A stretch of DNA of 64,000 nt from an uncultured SAR86 cluster bacterium (GTDB lineage Bacteria > Pseudomonadota > Gammaproteobacteria > Magnimaribacterales > AG-339-G14): the NCBI GenBank assembly GCA_902596665.1, contig CACJUN010000001.1:323680-387679 (forward strand). The letters are read 5' to 3'. The position numbers were made by a program, and so were the translations under genes. Shown here piece by piece: positions 10,471 through 21,036 of the stretch (position 1 is the stretch's first letter; every line of letters begins with the position of its first letter). The notes beneath the pieces were generated by a model. It did no database searches. It worked only from the letters and a program-made list of their open reading frames with translations, and was not told the origin of the DNA.

Positions 10471-11957
10471 TACAAAAAGTAAGGAAGGCGATTATATTTT
10501 ATTCCTGCTAGGCTTTTAATAACTCTTAGAAGTTGTACACAGTAACCTAATTCATTGTCATACCAGGCATAAATAACTATTTGTTTGTTATCACAAATAG
10601 TTGCTTCAGAATCAATGACACAAGCGTATCTACTTCCTACTAAATCAGATGAAACGATTTCTGAAGAATTCGTAAAATCAATTTGGTCTTTGTATATTGA
10701 ATGAAACGCTAATTTTCTAAAATATTCATTAGCTGTTTCTTTATCGCTAAGAGATTTATTTAAGGAAAGTTTAAGAATTGCCAATGAAACATTTGGAGTA
10801 GGAACTCTTATAGCATTTGCCGTTAATTTTCCTTTTAAGTTTGGAAGAATCTGACTTACAGCTGAGGCAGCACCAGTTTCTGTAATTACCATATTCAAGG
10901 CTGCACTTCTTCCTCTTCTGGATTTTGAATGATAATTATCAATTAAGTTTTGATCATTGGTGTAAGAATGAATCGTTTCAACATGTCCATTTTCAATTCC
11001 GTAATCATCGTCAAGAGCTTTTAAAAGCGGAACAATTGCATTCGTTGTGCATGATGCAGCACCAATAATCTTATCCTTACCATTTAGATCATTTTCATTT
11101 ACACCGTAAACGATATTTTTTAGAGGAGATTTAGTCGGAGCAGTTAACAAGACCTTATTGGCTCCTTTGGATTTTAAATGAGCAGATAAACCTTTCTCGT
11201 CTCTCCAGGCTCCTGAATTATCAATAATAACAGCGTTATCTATTCCATACTTTTTATAATCAATACGGGATGGATCTCCATCAATAAATTTGATGAGATT
11301 TCCGTTAATTACTAATCCATATTCATCTAAATCAACTCTAATGGTCCCTTTGAAATTTCCATGAACAGAATCTCTTCTCATTAATTCAGCTCTTTTGAAT
11401 AAGTCATCATCGCTTTTTTTTCTGACAACAACTGCTTTCAAAGATAAAGTTTCTCCTGATCCTGTATCCTCAAGTAAAAGCCTAGTAATTAATCTACCAA
11501 TTCTTCCAAAGCCAAAAAGTACTAGATCTTGAGGTTCCTGAAGAACTGGATTTTTATTACCAATAGCATCGGCAACTTGTTCTTTAACAAACTCTTCAAG
11601 AGATAAGGATTTGGAATCGAACATGTACCCTGCTGAGATAATTCCTACATCTATTTCACAAGGCCCCAGATCAAGATCTTTTAGAATATTTAAAACTTCG
11701 TAGGTTTCAAATTCACTGAGTTCATTTTTTTCTGTTTCTCTTACCAATCTATGTTCTTGCATAATTTGAGATACAGATAGGGTAATTAAAGGATTACCGT
11801 AAAGTAATATTCTAACGTTCTGTTCCCTATGAAGATTTCCAATCACAGGAATCATCTTCTCTACTAGAGATTGTCTTTTAATCCAATCGGAAAGATAGTC
11901 TTTTGGTTTGGATCTATCTCTCTTATCTGGATTTTGATCAGATTTTGTAGAAGCCAT
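10470..11957 (-). CDS. glyceraldehyde-3-phosphate dehydrogenase homologue, long form with approx. 150-aa N-terminal extension
   Basis: 495 aa with GFGRIGR Rossmann and SCTTNA active-site motifs. The stop overlaps the nqrA ATG (TAATG). Confidence 0.8.
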   Translation of the reverse strand: MASTKSDQNPDKRDRSKPKDYLSDWIKRQSLVEKMIPVIGNLHREQNVRILLYGNPLITLSVSQIMQEHRLVRETEKNELSEFETYEVLNILKDLDLGPCEIDVGIISAGYMFDSKSLSLEEFVKEQVADAIGNKNPVLQEPQDLVLFGFGRIGRLITRLLLEDTGSGETLSLKAVVVRKKSDDDLFKRAELMRRDSVHGNFKGTIRVDLDEYGLVINGNLIKFIDGDPSRIDYKKYGIDNAVIIDNSGAWRDEKGLSAHLKSKGANKVLLTAPTKSPLKNIVYGVNENDLNGKDKIIGAASCTTNAIVPLLKALDDDYGIENGHVETIHSYTNDQNLIDNYHSKSRRGRSAALNMVITETGAASAVSQILPNLKGKLTANAIRVPTPNVSLAILKLSLNKSLSDKETANEYFRKLAFHSIYKDQIDFTNSSEIVSSDLVGSRYACVIDSEATICDNKQIVIYAWYDNELGYCVQLLRVIKSLAGIKYNRLPYFL

Positions 11958-11969
11958 CTATATTAAAAT

Positions 11970-13097
11970 TTATAAAGATGCGTAGTTGCTTAAATGATAA
12001 TCAGAATTTCCGTATAAAGTTCTTATTGTGGTTAGTCTTTTAAAATAATGACCAATGTGCATCTCATCCGTTACTCCCATTCCACCGTGAAGTTGAATTG
12101 ATTCCTCTCCTATGTGTTTGCCAGATAGTCCGATTTGATATTTTAATGAGGCTAATGCTTTCTTTTTATCCTCAGTATTATCATTCATCTTTGCAGCACA
12201 CATTACTAACAAGGATTTAGATTGTTCGTAATGCATAAAATTATCTACCATTCGATGCTGCAAAGCTTGAAATTGACTAAGTTTTTGTTCAAATTGCTCT
12301 CTGGTTTTGGTGTATTCAAGGGTCATTTCATTCATTTTGCCCATAATGCCAACCGCCTCTGCACATATGCCTAATGTGGCAAGATCTATAGCATTATCAA
12401 TTGCATTAAAACCTTCATCCATTTCACCTAATAAAGATTCCTTAGAAACAGATACATTCTCAAGAGTCAATTCAGAAGCTTTACCACCGTCAATAGTTGA
12501 ATAATTTCTAAGGGAGACTCCTTTAGCATTTGTATCTACCAGAAAAAGAGAAATACCTTTTTCGTCACACTGATTGCCTGAAGTCCTAGCGGAAACGATT
12601 AAAGTATCTGAAGCAGATGCATTATGAACCAATGCTTTATAACCATCTAAGACAAAGCCATCATCAGATGGTGTGGCTTTGGTCAAGCAATCCGATAAAG
12701 TAAATCTACTTTGGGGCTCTATGTAAGCAAAAGTAATTATTTTTTCTCCGCTTATCATAGGATGCAAATAATTTGATTTTTGGTCGTCAGAACCTAGATC
12801 AGCAAGAATTTTTCCAGACAAAAGAATTGATGGGACATATGGTTCTACGATTAGACCTTTACCTAAATTCTCCATAATGACCATTACATCAACTGGACCA
12901 CCGTTATAGCCGCCATCATCTTCAGAAAATGGCATTCCCAGCCAGCCTAAACTACCAAAAGTTTTCCAATTTTCTTCATTGAAGCCCTTTTCAGAATCTA
13001 AGAATTTCTTTCTGTCATCAAAAGTATATTCTCTTTCAATAAATTGGTTGATACTGTCTTGAAGAAGCTGTTGTTCCTCTGTTAATGAAAAATCCAT
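11970..13097 (-). CDS. acyl-CoA dehydrogenase family protein (candidate non-catalytic partner subunit)
   Basis: 375 aa with an ACAD fold (QLHGGMGVTDE). It has Gly and Ala at the two positions where ACADs carry the catalytic Glu (LYGNSDYH; IDLATLG). Confidence 0.8.
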   Translation of the reverse strand: MDFSLTEEQQLLQDSINQFIEREYTFDDRKKFLDSEKGFNEENWKTFGSLGWLGMPFSEDDGGYNGGPVDVMVIMENLGKGLIVEPYVPSILLSGKILADLGSDDQKSNYLHPMISGEKIITFAYIEPQSRFTLSDCLTKATPSDDGFVLDGYKALVHNASASDTLIVSARTSGNQCDEKGISLFLVDTNAKGVSLRNYSTIDGGKASELTLENVSVSKESLLGEMDEGFNAIDNAIDLATLGICAEAVGIMGKMNEMTLEYTKTREQFEQKLSQFQALQHRMVDNFMHYEQSKSLLVMCAAKMNDNTEDKKKALASLKYQIGLSGKHIGEESIQLHGGMGVTDEMHIGHYFKRLTTIRTLYGNSDYHLSNYASL

Positions 13098-13115
13098 ATC
13101 TCTTTCCTGATTTAC

Positions 13116-14309
13116 TTATAAACCTAAAACTGCTTTAGCAATTACATTCCTTTGAATTTCATTACTACCACCGTAAATAGATACTTTTCTGTAATTTAAG
13201 TAATGAGGCATGACTGGTGCAGCGAAGTCAGGACCAATTCTTGATTCATTTGAAGCCAAATCTTCTTCGGTCATAAAAGGATGAGCATAGTAACCTACCG
13301 CTTCAACGAATAAATCAGATAATTCTTGCTGAAGGTCAGTTCCTAGAATTTTTAGGATTGATGATTCTGGTCCAGGATGACCTCCTGCTGACATTGCAGC
13401 AAGAGTTCTTAGTTCAGTATATTCAGCCGCAGTTAATTTGATTTCTAATCTATCAAGCTTGGACATGAACATTGCATCATCTTTTAAAGATCCTTCGCCT
13501 ACTTGAATTTGAGTAGTGATGTCTCTCAATCTATCTAGTTCCCTTTTTAGTGAAGGTATCCCAGCAATACCAGTTCTTTCATGAGCTAAAAGGAATTTAG
13601 CAATGCTCCATCCAAACCCTTCTTCACCAACTAAATTGGTTACAGGAACTTCAACATTATCAAAATAGACCATGTTAACTTCATGAGTTCCATCGATAGT
13701 TATAATAGGTTTAACTTCTACTCCAGGAGTCTTCATGTCTATCAACAAGAAACTTATACCTTCTTGTTTTTTTCCACTTCCATCTGTTCTTACTAAACAA
13801 AAAATCCAATCAGCATGTTGAGCTAAAGTTGTCCAGGTTTTAGCGCCATTAACGACATAAACGTCACCTTTTTTTTCTGCTTTTGTCTTCAGGGAAGCTA
13901 AATCAGATCCCGATCCTGGCTCAGAGTAACCCTGACACCACCAAATATCTCCATTAAGGATTTTTGGAAGATGAAATTCCTTTTGTTCATCTGAACCAAA
14001 AGTATAAATTACTGGCCCACACATGTTTACACCAAAAGGCATTAGCGTAGGTGTATTAGCTGCAGCTAATTCATTTTGAAATATGTGTTTTTGAGTAATT
14101 GTCCATCCAGTGCCGCCAAGTTCCTCAGGCCAATTTACTGCTAGCCAACCTTTGTCATTTAAGATTTTATGCCATTTAACAGTATCTTCTTTACTTAAAG
14201 GAATACCTTGATCTTGCTTCTCTTTAATTTCAGAAGGATAATTCTGCTCAATAAAACTTCTAACCTCTTGTTGAAATTCTTGATCTTCTTTAGAAAATGA
14301 TAAATTCAT
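13116..14309 (-). CDS. acyl-CoA dehydrogenase family protein
   Basis: It carries the WWCQGYSEPGSGSDLASL and VVNGAKTWTT motifs. I prefer the start at MNLSFSKEDQEF (14309); the track start is 14357. Confidence 0.85.
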   Translation of the reverse strand: MNLSFSKEDQEFQQEVRSFIEQNYPSEIKEKQDQGIPLSKEDTVKWHKILNDKGWLAVNWPEELGGTGWTITQKHIFQNELAAANTPTLMPFGVNMCGPVIYTFGSDEQKEFHLPKILNGDIWWCQGYSEPGSGSDLASLKTKAEKKGDVYVVNGAKTWTTLAQHADWIFCLVRTDGSGKKQEGISFLLIDMKTPGVEVKPIITIDGTHEVNMVYFDNVEVPVTNLVGEEGFGWSIAKFLLAHERTGIAGIPSLKRELDRLRDITTQIQVGEGSLKDDAMFMSKLDRLEIKLTAAEYTELRTLAAMSAGGHPGPESSILKILGTDLQQELSDLFVEAVGYYAHPFMTEEDLASNESRIGPDFAAPVMPHYLNYRKVSIYGGSNEIQRNVIAKAVLGL

Positions 14310-14388
14310 TAAAACACCTCTGTAGTTTAGGGCAAAATAGACGACGTCATTATACACAATGTAGCTGGATCTTAATAAGCAGAAACTA

Positions 14389-17301
14389 ATGAATTTAGAT
14401 CAAAAAAATATAATAATTTTTGAAAGCAAATACCAATTGGAGAGGTATAAAGTATCTAATCCTTCTTTTTTTGAAGATCTAGAAGTTTTAACAGATCTTG
14501 AAATTCTTCCATATGATAATTTTTCTCCTGATCCATCGCTTTTAGGTAAGCGTATTGAAACTCTTAGATCACAAATAGAGGATGAAGTTAGCCTTGCCTG
14601 TACTGCATCATCAATCATTCAACCTTTATTTGATAAAAAGTATATTTTTGAAAAAACATTCGAAATATCAAAAAATCAACAAATTGACTTAAGAAGATTA
14701 ATAAAATTTTTAATTAACTCCGGATACGAAAGAGCAGATTTAGTCGTAAAGAATGGGCAATATGCAGTTAGAGGGTCTGTAATAGATATATTTCCAAGTA
14801 ATTCAAAACTACCAATTAGAATTGATCTTTTTGATGATGAGGTCATATCAATAAAGTATTTCAAAAATGAAGATCAAATTACATTCAAAGAAATTGATTC
14901 ATATAAGTGTATTGCAGCTAAAGGATACGAATTAACAAACGAATCGATTGATATCTTTAAAAAAAATTGGAGAAATACCTTTCAGTCAGACGGGCCAGTA
15001 TTCGATAGTATTTTGAAAGGTAAAAATTTGGAGGGACTAGAACATTATTTACCTTTGTTTTTTTATGAAAGAACCTTTTTTAAAGATTATTTTAAAAATT
15101 ACAAACTTATCTTTATCAATAAGGCAAAAAAATATCTATCGGAATACTGGGACTTAATTAATGAGAGATATGAAGACTTTAAATTAGACTTAGACAGACC
15201 TCCTCTACCTCCTGAGATTTTATTTAATACTTTAGATGAAATTTCTTCATTAAGTTCTGAGAATTTAATTTTAAATATCCAGAAAAATAAAGATGAAATA
15301 GATACAAAAGACGATTACTCCTATGAAAGATTCTCGATAACAGAAAATATTGCTTTTGAAATTGACTCTAAAGTTGTTCATTTAGATCATGGAATTGGAA
15401 TTTACAGAGGATTAAAAAAATTAAACAACACGGAATGTTTGATCATTGAATTTGATCAAGGAGATTTAATCTATTTACCTGTTCACTCTATGAATTTGCT
15501 TTCAACTTACATTGGAATGGACGAGATAAAATTAGACTCAATAAGAAAAAGTAAATGGAATCAAAAAAAACAAAAGACTTTTGAAAAAGCATATGATTTT
15601 GCTGCTGAATTAATAGAATCAGAAGCAAAAAGATCAAATTATAAAAGATCTCCATTGGAGATAAATAAAGAAGGTTTTCAAAAATTTATTAAAAATTTTC
15701 CATATGAACTCACACCAGATCAGCTTAAATGTTCTCATTCTCTGATAAACGATTTTAATTCTCCCAAAATGATGGATCGATTAATTTGCGGTGAAGTTGG
15801 TTTTGGTAAGACTGAGATGGCATTGAGAGCTTCGTATATTTCTTACATGAATGGTTTTCAAGTTTGTTTGATGGTCCCAACTACTATTCTTGCGGAGCAA
15901 CACTATGAAACCTTTACAAAAAGATTTTCTGAATACGACGTTGATGTGGTTTTATTAACTAGAAATCTATCCACTCAAGAAAAAAAAGATGTTTACTCAA
16001 AGATCTTGAATCAGCCTAACCTAATTGTGATTGGCACTCATGCGTTAATGAACAATAAATTAGATTTCAATAATGTTGGTCTTTTGATTATTGATGAGGA
16101 ACATAAATTTGGAGTTAAACAAAAGGAAAAAATTAAATCATTAAAGGCACAAATAGATGTCATGTATTTATCAGCGACGCCTATTCCACGAACATTAAAT
16201 CTAGCCTTAACTGACTTAAAAGATTTTTCTATCATTGCATCTCCCCCTCATGGAAGAAAACCGGTTGAAACAATTGTTTCAAGAGAATCAAAGTCTTTCA
16301 TCAAAGAAGCAATAAGGCGTGAAACATTAAGAGGTGGGCAAACATTTTATGTCTGCAATAGAATCCATAAATTAGAAGAGGAAAAATATAAATTAACTCA
16401 AATATTTCCTGAAAAAAATATTGATATTGTTCATGGTCAAATGGATCCACTCAAGATAAAGGAAATATTAGATAATTTTAAAGAAGGAAATATTGATGTT
16501 CTTGTCTGTACAACTATTATAGAAAGCGGAATAGATATTCCTAACGCAAATACACTTATAGTGAAAGATGCAGATAATTTTGGCTTATCCCAACTTCATC
16601 AATTAAGAGGAAGAGTTGGTAGATCTCCGACACAGGCATATGCATATTTTTTTACTAATGAATTCAAAGATATAAAAGGTAAAGCAAAAGATAGAATCAC
16701 AGCTTTGCAATCAACGGATTCCTTTAATGCTGGGCTAGCCTTAGCAATGAGGGATCTTGAAATAAGAGGCGCAGGAGAAATCTTAGGAGAAAAACAAAGC
16801 GGTTTAGTTCATGATGTTGGTTTAAATCTTTTTAGTGAAATGATAAAAAAAGCTAAACATTTATTGAAAGGTATGCCTGAGGATAAAATCATAGATACAT
16901 CAATTAATTTGAACGTTCCAGCATATATAGAGAACGACTATCTTCCTCAAGCTGAGCTTAGACTAGAAATGTATAAAAGATTAGCAGAATGTAAAACACT
17001 GGATGAATTGGAAATTTTAAAAGATGAAATTGTTGATAGATTCGGTCCTTTTTCAACAACTTTCCAAAACCTTATAGAACTGACCAAACTAAAGATTATT
17101 TCTATGCCGCTGATGATTAAAAGAATAATAGGTACAAATAAAAGAATTGAATGTACGTTTGATTCTGAATCTCCGATCCTGGCTGATAATAAAACTAGTA
17201 ACGTATTAGTTTTTAATCCTCAAGAAGATAATTCAATTTTATTTTTACAAAATACATTCTCAACAATAATATCCAACCTAAAATTAGATGAAGCTAGCTA
17301 A
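14389..17301 (+). CDS. mfd: transcription-repair coupling factor Mfd (short, 970 aa)
   Basis: It has UvrB-like LPYDNFSP, SF2 helicase motifs GEVGFGKTE / DEEHKFG / QLRGRVGR, and a TRCF C-terminal domain. Confidence 0.9.
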   Translation: MNLDQKNIIIFESKYQLERYKVSNPSFFEDLEVLTDLEILPYDNFSPDPSLLGKRIETLRSQIEDEVSLACTASSIIQPLFDKKYIFEKTFEISKNQQIDLRRLIKFLINSGYERADLVVKNGQYAVRGSVIDIFPSNSKLPIRIDLFDDEVISIKYFKNEDQITFKEIDSYKCIAAKGYELTNESIDIFKKNWRNTFQSDGPVFDSILKGKNLEGLEHYLPLFFYERTFFKDYFKNYKLIFINKAKKYLSEYWDLINERYEDFKLDLDRPPLPPEILFNTLDEISSLSSENLILNIQKNKDEIDTKDDYSYERFSITENIAFEIDSKVVHLDHGIGIYRGLKKLNNTECLIIEFDQGDLIYLPVHSMNLLSTYIGMDEIKLDSIRKSKWNQKKQKTFEKAYDFAAELIESEAKRSNYKRSPLEINKEGFQKFIKNFPYELTPDQLKCSHSLINDFNSPKMMDRLICGEVGFGKTEMALRASYISYMNGFQVCLMVPTTILAEQHYETFTKRFSEYDVDVVLLTRNLSTQEKKDVYSKILNQPNLIVIGTHALMNNKLDFNNVGLLIIDEEHKFGVKQKEKIKSLKAQIDVMYLSATPIPRTLNLALTDLKDFSIIASPPHGRKPVETIVSRESKSFIKEAIRRETLRGGQTFYVCNRIHKLEEEKYKLTQIFPEKNIDIVHGQMDPLKIKEILDNFKEGNIDVLVCTTIIESGIDIPNANTLIVKDADNFGLSQLHQLRGRVGRSPTQAYAYFFTNEFKDIKGKAKDRITALQSTDSFNAGLALAMRDLEIRGAGEILGEKQSGLVHDVGLNLFSEMIKKAKHLLKGMPEDKIIDTSINLNVPAYIENDYLPQAELRLEMYKRLAECKTLDELEILKDEIVDRFGPFSTTFQNLIELTKLKIISMPLMIKRIIGTNKRIECTFDSESPILADNKTSNVLVFNPQEDNSILFLQNTFSTIISNLKLDEAS

Positions 17302-18124
17302 TTTCTTTCTTCTTTTGATACCTTTTAATCTCATTTCGGTTGAGCAAGATAAATTGGATGTTGATTTTCTTAGCGATGATGAGTACAGAATCGACTTAAT
17401 TTTTATTAAGTATTTAAAAGATGAGGAATTAAAAGAAAACTTTGAGAATCCAGTGGTGAATTTTGAAAGATTTTTTGTTGCTCTTGATGAATTCCAGTAT
17501 CCAAATTTAGATATCATCCCTACAAATTTTGAAATTCCTAAAGAAAATCAATCCATTGATATTCCATTTATTAAGAAAGAAACACAAAAAAAGACCATAG
17601 AAAAAAATATAATTACTCGAAAAAGAGAGTTTCCTAGAGAAATATTTCAGATAGATAAAAGAGACGATAATTTAATGAAAGAATTTAAGGATCTAATCAG
17701 GAGAAGTAGATACTTTAGATTCATTGGAGAACAATCTTGGTATCAACCTATACCAACAAAAGATAATTCATTTGAAATCTTTATTGATTCAACTATTGAA
17801 AGAGGTTCAAGGATTTATGGTTTTTTAAGACCTTACAAAGGGAGGTATTTGCACACTGATATCGAGATTTTTTTAGCAGAACAAATTCAAGAAAATGAAA
17901 TCTTAAGTATCGAAGAATCAGATAATAATAATCCAAATATAGAAGGTTATTTATTCAATAATACAGGTCTAGAATTACAAAAGAAGAGTTTGCCAAATTT
18001 ACAAGAAGAAGACCTAATTCCTATTTTTCAATTAAAAGAATCTAGAAGACTTAGATCGGGAGAAATTAATTATTTTGATCATCCAAAATTTGGATTACTT
18101 CTTTTAATAACTAAGCCGAGTTAG
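17288..18124 (+). CDS. secreted hypothetical protein, possibly CsiV-family (peptidoglycan-binding)
   Basis: 278 aa with a signal peptide. It sits immediately downstream of mfd, as csiV does in Vibrio and Pseudomonas as I recall. The C-terminal YFDHPKFGLLLLI is suggestive. The call rests on synteny and a weak motif only. Confidence 0.4.
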   Translation: MKLANFFLLLIPFNLISVEQDKLDVDFLSDDEYRIDLIFIKYLKDEELKENFENPVVNFERFFVALDEFQYPNLDIIPTNFEIPKENQSIDIPFIKKETQKKTIEKNIITRKREFPREIFQIDKRDDNLMKEFKDLIRRSRYFRFIGEQSWYQPIPTKDNSFEIFIDSTIERGSRIYGFLRPYKGRYLHTDIEIFLAEQIQENEILSIEESDNNNPNIEGYLFNNTGLELQKKSLPNLQEEDLIPIFQLKESRRLRSGEINYFDHPKFGLLLLITKPS

Positions 18125-19517
18125 TTTTTTCTAAGTTCTGAAGATGTTCTTTAAGTGCATTTTTAATCTTTAAATGATCTGAGTCATCCGAATCGAATTT
18201 TTCTAATTTTTGTATAGCTTGACTTAAATTTAGCCAAGGTCCTTTTGTGAATAATCGTTCGTTAATAAATTGAGAAAAATCTTCATTTTCATCGTCAGAT
18301 AATAAATCGGGTTTCTCTAAAGCTATAATTCTAGATGCTAATTCTCTGTATCTGCTGTCTTCAAATCCTTCCTTTAATTTTGTTTTATCTTGCCAAGTTG
18401 AAATATGAAATTTTTCCATCCAAAGCCTATCTGAATCACTAGGAAATCTTTCATATATTGCTTGATCAACATATTTTGGAGGCGGATAACTTTTTTGTTT
18501 TTTTATTAAAAGTTCGGAGAGTCTTTCTGAAAATTCGAAATTTTCTTTTAATAAGTTTGCCCTTCTCGTTAATTCTTTGATTGATAAATCAAGATATGAT
18601 GAAGGTTTAGAGATACTGCTTAACGGAGTAACTGGCATGCTTTTATTTATTGAAACTAATTTGAAAGCTCCGCCTTGAGTTCCTAATTGTTCTAAAAGTT
18701 CATGATCCTTAAGTTTAAATAATTCTTCTGGATTGAAATATAAATCACAAACAATTATTTGATTTTGATTCGAATTATTTTGTCCGCATGGGTAGATAGG
18801 ATAAACGTATTTATTTCTGCGTAACACCTCACCTAATAGGCAAAATTTTTCAGATCTTAATATATCTAAGTTTCCTTTCTTAGATGAACCTTGAATGAAA
18901 ATTTTCCATGCTTCGGGAGCCTTGTCCTTAATAATTTTTCCAAGTTCAACCATCAATATACAGTCCTCTAAAGCATCATGTGCTCCTTCAGCAGAAATAC
19001 CATTTGCTTCTGCTAAATCACTCAGTTTGAGGCTTAAATCACCATTTTCATTTTTACCTGTTTTAATTTCATCAGAATAAAAGTTTGCTAATAACTGAAA
19101 CAATACATACATGTCTGCTCTACCGTTATTATTTGTATTAGTTATATATGGATCCAATAAATACCAATAGAATTGTCGTCTAAGCAATTCCTCATCAAAC
19201 TTGTGACCGTTATAGGTTATGTGAACCAAATTTGAAGAATCTGACCATTGCAGCCAAGTTGAGTGGATCTCTTTTATCAGATCGTAATGAGTCTTGTTGC
19301 AATTTGAATTAAGAGTAGAAATCTTTTTATGAGTGAAATAAGCTCCCGGATCTGGAACTATCCATGGCAAAATTTGACATTCATCATCAATAGTATCAAT
19401 TTGATCAAAATTTTCAGACGTTAAAATTGACCCAATTTGGATAATTTGAGAAAAATTGATGTTTAAACCCGTTGTCTCAGTGTCATTGAAAACATATGAG
19501 ACATTCTTTTCAGGCAT
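18111..19517 (-). CDS. sbcB: exodeoxyribonuclease I
   Basis: 468 aa with a DEDDh exonuclease N-terminus (FNDTETTG, HDALEDC) and an ExoI-length C-terminal domain. Confidence 0.85.
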   Translation of the reverse strand: MPEKNVSYVFNDTETTGLNINFSQIIQIGSILTSENFDQIDTIDDECQILPWIVPDPGAYFTHKKISTLNSNCNKTHYDLIKEIHSTWLQWSDSSNLVHITYNGHKFDEELLRRQFYWYLLDPYITNTNNNGRADMYVLFQLLANFYSDEIKTGKNENGDLSLKLSDLAEANGISAEGAHDALEDCILMVELGKIIKDKAPEAWKIFIQGSSKKGNLDILRSEKFCLLGEVLRRNKYVYPIYPCGQNNSNQNQIIVCDLYFNPEELFKLKDHELLEQLGTQGGAFKLVSINKSMPVTPLSSISKPSSYLDLSIKELTRRANLLKENFEFSERLSELLIKKQKSYPPPKYVDQAIYERFPSDSDRLWMEKFHISTWQDKTKLKEGFEDSRYRELASRIIALEKPDLLSDDENEDFSQFINERLFTKGPWLNLSQAIQKLEKFDSDDSDHLKIKNALKEHLQNLEKTNSA

Positions 19518-19519
19518 GA

Positions 19520-20110
19520 TTATTTAAAATAAGCGTTTTCTGTATGTGAATGATCAGTTGAATCTATGATTCCGGTAATTTCAGGTACATTTTCTATAAG
19601 AGTTTTTTCAACGCCATCTTTTAGCGTGACGTCAATCATGCTGCAACCTTGACAACCGCCACCGAATTGAAGAACCGCTTTATTGTCATCAAGAACTTCA
19701 ACCAGACTAACCTCTCCTCCGTGCGATGCTAATGCAGGATTAATTTCACTATGTAAATAAAAATTAATCTTGTCTTCAATGGAGCTTTCATCCGATAAAA
19801 ATGGAGTTTTTGATTTCGGTGCTCTAATTGTCAGTTGACCTCCAAATTTATCTGGATGGTAATCAACTTTAGCATCCTCTAGGTATGGAAGACTTTTCTC
19901 GTCAAGAAAAACATTAAATGATTTATAGGTTTGAGAAAAATCAGTTGGGTCTTGTTCGCCTGGTTTGCAATAAACTATGCAAGTTTCTGCCCTATTTGAA
20001 CCAGGATCGGAAACAAAGATTCTTATGTTCGTGTCTTTTTCTTCAGAATCTTTTAGAAGATTACCTAAATATTCTTCTGCGCCCTCTGTGATTTCAACAA
20101 TATTTGACAT
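19520..20110 (-). CDS. nfuA: Fe-S biogenesis protein NfuA
   Basis: 196 aa with an A-type N-terminal domain and a Nfu C-terminal domain carrying GGGCQGCSM. Confidence 0.85.
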   Translation of the reverse strand: MSNIVEITEGAEEYLGNLLKDSEEKDTNIRIFVSDPGSNRAETCIVYCKPGEQDPTDFSQTYKSFNVFLDEKSLPYLEDAKVDYHPDKFGGQLTIRAPKSKTPFLSDESSIEDKINFYLHSEINPALASHGGEVSLVEVLDDNKAVLQFGGGCQGCSMIDVTLKDGVEKTLIENVPEITGIIDSTDHSHTENAYFK

Positions 20111-21036
20111 TAAAGTTTTGCATCAAGTTCAGGGACAGCTGTAAATAAGTCAGCAACCAGCCCATAATCTGCTACTTGAAATATAGGTGCGTCCTCATCT
20201 TTATTAATCGCTACGATAACTTTACTATCCTTCATTCCTGCTAAATGTTGAATAGCTCCTGATATTCCAACAGCTATGTATAGGTTTGGTGCAACAATTT
20301 TTCCTGTTTGTCCAACTTGGTAATCATTCGGAACAAAACCAGAATCTACTGCTGCTCTTGAAGCACCTATAGCAGCACCTAATTTATCAGCTACAGATTC
20401 CAGAATTTTAAAATTATCTCCATTTTGCATGCCTCTTCCACCAGAAATAATTACATCTGCAGAAGTTAATTCAGGTCTATCTGACTCAGCAATTTCTTCT
20501 TTTATGAACTCTGATATTCCAAGGTTATGGCTTTCTTGAAGATCAACAACCTCAGCACTTCCATCATTTTGTGCGGCATCAAAAGCAGTCGTTCTAACAG
20601 TGATGACTTTTTTTGAGTCGCTGTTTTGAACGGTTGCAATACAATTTCCAGCATAAATTGGTCTCTCAAAGGTATCGCTAGACTCAATTGCGGTGATATC
20701 AGAAATTTGAGCGACATCTAAAAGAGCGGAAACCCTTGGCATGTAATTTTTACCATTAGTTGTTGCTGGGGAAAGGATATGACTGTAGTCAGCAGAAATT
20801 GCAACAATTAGGTCTGCAATATTCTCAGCGAGACAATGCTCGTATTCTGGAGAATCTGCTACTAATACTTTTGCTACTCCGGATATCTTTGCAGCTTGAT
20901 CTTTTGCTCCAGAACAATTTGATCCGGCAACAAGAACGTGAATATCGCCTTCCAGATTAGTTGCAGCAGTTACAACATTATTAGTTGATGCTTTAATTTC
21001 TTCGTTATCGTGTTCAGCTATTACAAGTATGCTCAT
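20110..21036 (-). CDS. etfA: electron transfer flavoprotein subunit alpha
   Basis: 308 aa with the FAD-binding C-terminal motifs IISGGRG and [16 protein letters not shown]. Confidence 0.9.
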   Translation of the reverse strand: MSILVIAEHDNEEIKASTNNVVTAATNLEGDIHVLVAGSNCSGAKDQAAKISGVAKVLVADSPEYEHCLAENIADLIVAISADYSHILSPATTNGKNYMPRVSALLDVAQISDITAIESSDTFERPIYAGNCIATVQNSDSKKVITVRTTAFDAAQNDGSAEVVDLQESHNLGISEFIKEEIAESDRPELTSADVIISGGRGMQNGDNFKILESVADKLGAAIGASRAAVDSGFVPNDYQVGQTGKIVAPNLYIAVGISGAIQHLAGMKDSKVIVAINKDEDAPIFQVADYGLVADLFTAVPELDAKL

